A stretch of DNA of 11,011 nt from Octopus sinensis (taxonomy: Eukaryota), in assembly GCF_006345805.1 (NCBI RefSeq), contig NW_021827231.1, positions 1 to 11,011 on the forward strand. Reading direction: 5' to 3'. The notes under the pieces were generated by a model. The model did no database searches and was not told the origin of the DNA. It saw only the letters and a list, made by a program, of their open reading frames with translations. The position numbers were made by a program, and so were the translations under genes. Below are positions 7,652-11,011 of the stretch, in pieces (position 1 is the stretch's first letter; each line of letters opens with the position of its first letter).

Positions 7652-7745
7652 TCACCGTGATCACAGTGACCGACCAGACTATCAGATGTTCCTACACATT
7701 GCTGGTCACAATGCGCTTCGCATTGTTTTAGCCTTCAAATGACGC
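7652..7745 (-). mobile_element. 5'-truncated tail of SINE family C
   Basis: The reverse complement matches about 2912-3003. Confidence 0.85.
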
Positions 7746-8142
7746 TATGTCTCTCTGAGACATTTAGAAATTCAATATTTCTAATTTCGGTGATCAGTAA
7801 ATAAATTTTACTGAAAATATGATATATTTGCGAAGAGGTTGCGGTCATCTCAGCGAGCGGGGCAGGCTACCCTGAACTGACGACGAGCAATACACTCAGA
7901 AACATATGTCTTCAGGTGCCTTGTCCCAGCTTGCGGGGGTGATTGCCTCCCTTTTGCAAATATAAGGACACAGAAAATGTGTCAAAGCCGACAGGAGACG
8001 TCGATGCTTCCTAGGGCTAAATGGCGGTGGTGTAATTCCGTTTATGGGACTGTCACGTTGAGTTGACAGTATACGACCACTATATCGCTTCACCACCGCT
8101 TATGTCTCTCTGAGACAATTAGAAATTCAATATTTCTAATTT
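7746..8142 (+). repeat. 355-bp-period unit bounded by 42-bp direct repeats (7746-7787, 8101-8142)
   Basis: TATGTCTCTCTGAGACA(T/A)TTAGAAATTCAATATTTCTAATTT; 41/42 identical. Confidence 0.9.
7864..7921 (+). ncRNA. Type I hammerhead ribozyme motif (distinct family)
   Basis: Stem I CCUGAA/UUCAGG extended by AGGC/GCCU. Core CUGACGA (7877-7883). Stem II (C)GAG-CAAUACA-CUC(A). GAAA. Palindromic stem III ACAUAUGU. GUC cleavage triplet with C17 at 7910. One defect: a C.A mismatch at the base of stem II. Confidence 0.7.
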
Positions 8143-8410
8143 TATTAACATTACTTTCCTATAACTTAATTATTCTGTCAGTTAAATGATGTGACACGTT
8201 ACCATTCTTTTATTTTTTAATTCGTTCTTTCGTTCTGACCAACTTCTCTTCTATTCATTCTATTCTTTTAAAATTACCATTTCAGAAAATCTTTCTTTGA
8301 TAGCTTTTCTTCTAAATATTTATTTCATCGGGCAACAATGAATTTTAGTTAAACTTATTAGACATTAACGCTTCCAAACATCCAACCCCTTACGCTTACA
8401 AAACGATGAG

Positions 8411-8590
8411 TGAGCTGGCAAAATCGTTAGAGAGTCGCGGAAAAAAAACATTCTTTATTTTTTTCCTGAGTTCAAATCCCGCTGAGGTCAACTTTGCGTT
8501 TTATCCTTTATGGTTTCATAAAGACAAAAAATAAATAAATAAACACAGTTAAGTGCTGAAGATGATGGTATTGACTAAAATCCTCTGCTT
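8411..8590 (+). mobile_element. Old, degenerate SINE family A copy
   Basis: GAGCTGGCAAAATCGTTAG head and CTGAGTTCAAATCCCGCTGAGGTCAACTTTGC body. Confidence 0.65.
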
Positions 8591-8611
8591 AAATTTATTG
8601 ATTTTTTTTTT

Positions 8612-9033
8612 ACTTGCTTCGGTTATTTGACTGTGGCCATGCTGGGGTGCAACCTTGTAAAAAAATTTTTAGTCGAATAAATCGACCCCAGTACTTAATA
8701 CATTTTTGTAAAGCCTGGTACTTATTTTATCAATCTCTTTTGCCGAATCGCTAAGTTTCAGGGAGGTAAACACACCAACACTGGTTGTCAAGCCGTGGTG
8801 GGGGACAAACGCGGACACAAAGATACGCGCACATATATAGGTGCTCTAGCATGGCCCCAGCCTCTGGCTGAAACCAGTAAAAAATAAAAGAATGCGACAG
8901 GCTTCTTTCAGTTTCCGTCTACTAAATTCACTTACAAGGCTCGGATCGGCTAGAGGCTATATGTGCTACGTAGTGGGACTGAACCAGGAACCCTGTGGTT
9001 GAGAAGCAAGCTTCTTACCACATAACCACACCC
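8612..9033 (-). mobile_element. SINE family B copy with a nested opposite-strand tail fragment (8841-8892)
   Basis: Colinear with 263-649. GTGCTCTAGCATGGCC...CTGAAACCAGTAAAA interrupts the central microsatellite. Confidence 0.8.
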
Positions 9034-9107
9034 GCGCCCGAAAAGATTTTTAAAGAAGGGGAGAGAGAAAAGAATTTAGAAGAATTGTTGTGTTCAGAGA
9101 ACCTTAC

Positions 9108-9291
9108 CAGAAAAGTTGATTTCGCAACTCCAAGAATGTGTATCGGTGCTGAAGACACAGAAATTCCAAACTCCCAAAGACAGAAGACCATCACTTTCCA
9201 TCCAAACGTCGGTAACTTGAGACGTGACGTAGCAGAGCCCGGCTAGAACCAGGACCCCGAAGGAGACAGCCGAATGGATAGAAATTGTCAT
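9108..9291 (-). CDS. Exon 1 (first coding) of claudin-like gene: TM1 and ECL1
   Basis: acaATG start. Reads MTISIHSAVSFGVLVLAGLCYVTSQVTDVWMESDGLLSLGVWNFCVFSTDTHSWSCEINFS, with the W..G(L/V)W..C..C signature. Donor TCTG|GTAAGG, phase 1, matching the exon 2 acceptor. Joined CDS is 552 nt, 183 aa. Confidence 0.9.
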
Positions 9292-9444
9292 TGTTGAGGT
9301 ACAAAATGAGAAGATTACAACTGTGTCTGGCCAGCGGATTTACTGACCACTTGGTTCCTTTAATATGAAGAGAACTGGGCGAGACTTCATTTCACGGTGG
9401 ACTTAGTCCATTGTATGTAAGGCTACATATTGTTTCAGCAGACG

Positions 9445-9541
9445 TAAGGGCCGTAGTCCCGGCTTTTTCTGAGGGCTAATTAACTTTTTTCTGTATCTAA
9501 GGGCCGTAGTCCCGGATTTTTCTTAGGACTAATTAACTTTT
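9445..9541. repeat. Tandem duplication, period 53 bp, upstream of the claudin-like ATG
   Basis: TAAGGGCCGTAGTCCCGG.TTTTTCT.AGG.CTAATTAACTTTTT at 9445 and 9498. Confidence 0.85.
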
Positions 9542-9837
9542 TATTTTGTTTATTTAATGGGTGAGGGAAGTAGCATAAAGGTGACGGATGATAGATTATC
9601 TATTCAAGGTGCGTGATTTTCATGGAGAAAACTGATATCTTTTAGGGATTAATTGGTCCTTTCATTCATCAGAATGGTTGTTTCGTTTCTTCAGGGTAAT
9701 GTAACACCTTCAGCAGAGTCCTACCAATAAACATAAGACGAGGACGTCGGCATGAATAGTCTCAAAAAATCTGTGAAATAGAAAACAAAAATATATTAAT
9801 AGCATTAATGATTTTTAAAAAATTAATATCAGTTAAT

Positions 9838-10039
9838 TACTTTCAAATTTTGACACGTGACCAGCAATTTCGGGGAAGTGGGTAAGTCGATTAAGTCGGC
9901 TCCAGTGTTCAACTGGTACCGACCCCGAAAGAATGAAAGACAAACTCCACCGTGGCGGAATTTGAACTCAGGGCGTGAAGACGGATGAAATGTCGTTAAG
10001 CATTTTGTCCGGCGTGCTAACAATTCTACCAGCTTGCCG
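9838..10039 (-). mobile_element. SINE family A copy (minus strand)
   Basis: The reverse complement reads CGGCAAGCTGGTAGAATTGTTAGCACGCCGG...CTGAGTTCAAATTCCGCC...AAAATTTGAAAG, similar to 4677-4898. Confidence 0.85.
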
Positions 10040-10074
10040 GCTTTTCGTGATTTTTAATATTAGACTCCAGCTGA

Positions 10075-10416
10075 GGCGGCGAACTGGCAGAAAAGTTAGC
10101 ACGCCGGGCGAAATGCTTAGCAGTACTTCGTCTGCCGTTACGTTCAGAGTTCAACTGAAGGAAACCCGTCGTGTATATACATGTGAATATATTTATGGGA
10201 GTGTGTCTCTATGTCCGTGTTTGTCTCCCACGCCACCATCGCTCGAAAACCGATGTTGGCGTGTTTACGTCCCCGTCACTTAGCGGTTCAGTAAAAGAGG
10301 CTGATAGAATACGTACTAGGCTTTAAAAAACGCCCTGGGGGTTGATTTGCTTGACTAATACACCTCACGTCGGTGCCCCAGTATGGCCGCAGTGAAATGA
10401 CTGAAACAAGTAACAG
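10075..10416 (+). mobile_element. Chimeric SINE: family A head (10075-10153) joined to family B body and tail (10154-10416)
   Basis: GGCGGCGAACTGGCAG...GAGTTCA is followed directly by ACTGAAGGAAACCCGTCG...GACTGAAACAAGTAA. Confidence 0.8.
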
Positions 10417-10420
10417 ACCT

Positions 10421-10620
10421 CGTGTGTACCGTTGGCGATTTTTTTTCCTCTGTCTTCCCTTCTCTGGATCTTTCCTTCTCCTTGGTTTCCGAAAAGAGCT
10501 CCGCTCGAAACGTTAAACCCTCCTTCTTTCCTTCTTTCCTGAGCGTCCAATAATACTATATTTGTTCCACGTCCTCGCGTTGTTGTGTTTTTTTTTTGTG
10601 CTTTCTTGTTTGGATTAACT
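10421..10620 (+). mobile_element. PLE-type fragment with degenerate hammerhead (10484-10519)
   Basis: Same family as 4509-4676. Stem I GGUUU/AAACC and stem II are intact; the core has decayed to CCGAAA. Confidence 0.7.
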
Positions 10621-10644
10621 GTATATATATATATTATATATATA

Positions 10645-10770
10645 ATATAAATTAGAGATAAAACCACTATTATGCAACTCAAACAGTGATATATTATTTG
10701 TTGTTTATGGATTGGTTTATGTCTATCACTGTTAGAGTTGCCTAATAGTGGTTTTATTTCTAATTCATAT
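10645..10770. repeat. Long palindrome (47-bp arms, 32-nt spacer), MITE-like
   Basis: Arms 10645-10691 and 10724-10770 are reverse complements with 4 mismatches; TA-rich flanks. Confidence 0.9.
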
Positions 10771-11011
10771 TTTATACTTTATATATTTATACTGTGAAAT
10801 TTGATTTAATACTAAATCTATTTTTCCCTGTAAGTTTGGAGTTATACTCCTAATATTAATATATATATATCAAGATTAATCAGCCGAATTGCGAGGATGA
10901 TCCGGTTCTTGACTGAAGATTGAAGCTTCGAATGTTCCGTCCGTGTTTTCGTTCGTTCGTCTTCTAAATGTTTTGCGTTCTTGTCCCAGTTTTATTATTT
11001 AACATAATATA

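Noticed and set aside
7896-8096. 66-aa minus-strand ORF as an extra exon or gene
   Set aside because: No splice signals or homology; the three-exon model is already complete and in frame.
7746-8142. Direct repeats as a CRISPR array or LTR retrotransposon
   Set aside because: Only two repeats with a 313-bp spacer in eukaryotic DNA; no TG..CA ends, PBS or PPT.
10905-10945. CTGAAGA-TTGAAGCTTC-GAATGTT as a hammerhead
   Set aside because: GAAA is broken, stem II has no viable loop and there is no stem I; at best a heavily decayed relic.

Overview
AT-rich, repeat-dense eukaryotic DNA. The SINE and MITE families look like those of Octopus/coleoid cephalopods (recognised from memory, no search run). 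The window holds one complete three-exon minus-strand gene, join(9291..9108, 6214..6065, 4203..3986), encoding a 183-aa four-TM protein of the PMP22/EMP/claudin superfamily. Around and inside it are at least four tRNA-derived SINE families, two mariner remnants, a piggyBac-like MITE, a probable non-autonomous Helitron, an RTE-LINE 5'UTR-like fragment and many microsatellites. The most notable unexplained signal is a set of hammerhead-ribozyme (HHR) motifs. Four are minimal Penelope-type HHRs of one family, two of them forming a ~375-bp foldback. One near-canonical type I HHR sits inside a 355-bp unit with 42-bp terminal redundancy (retrozyme/circRNA-like). A sixth is degenerate. Most other ORF-track entries are microsatellite or SINE artefacts.
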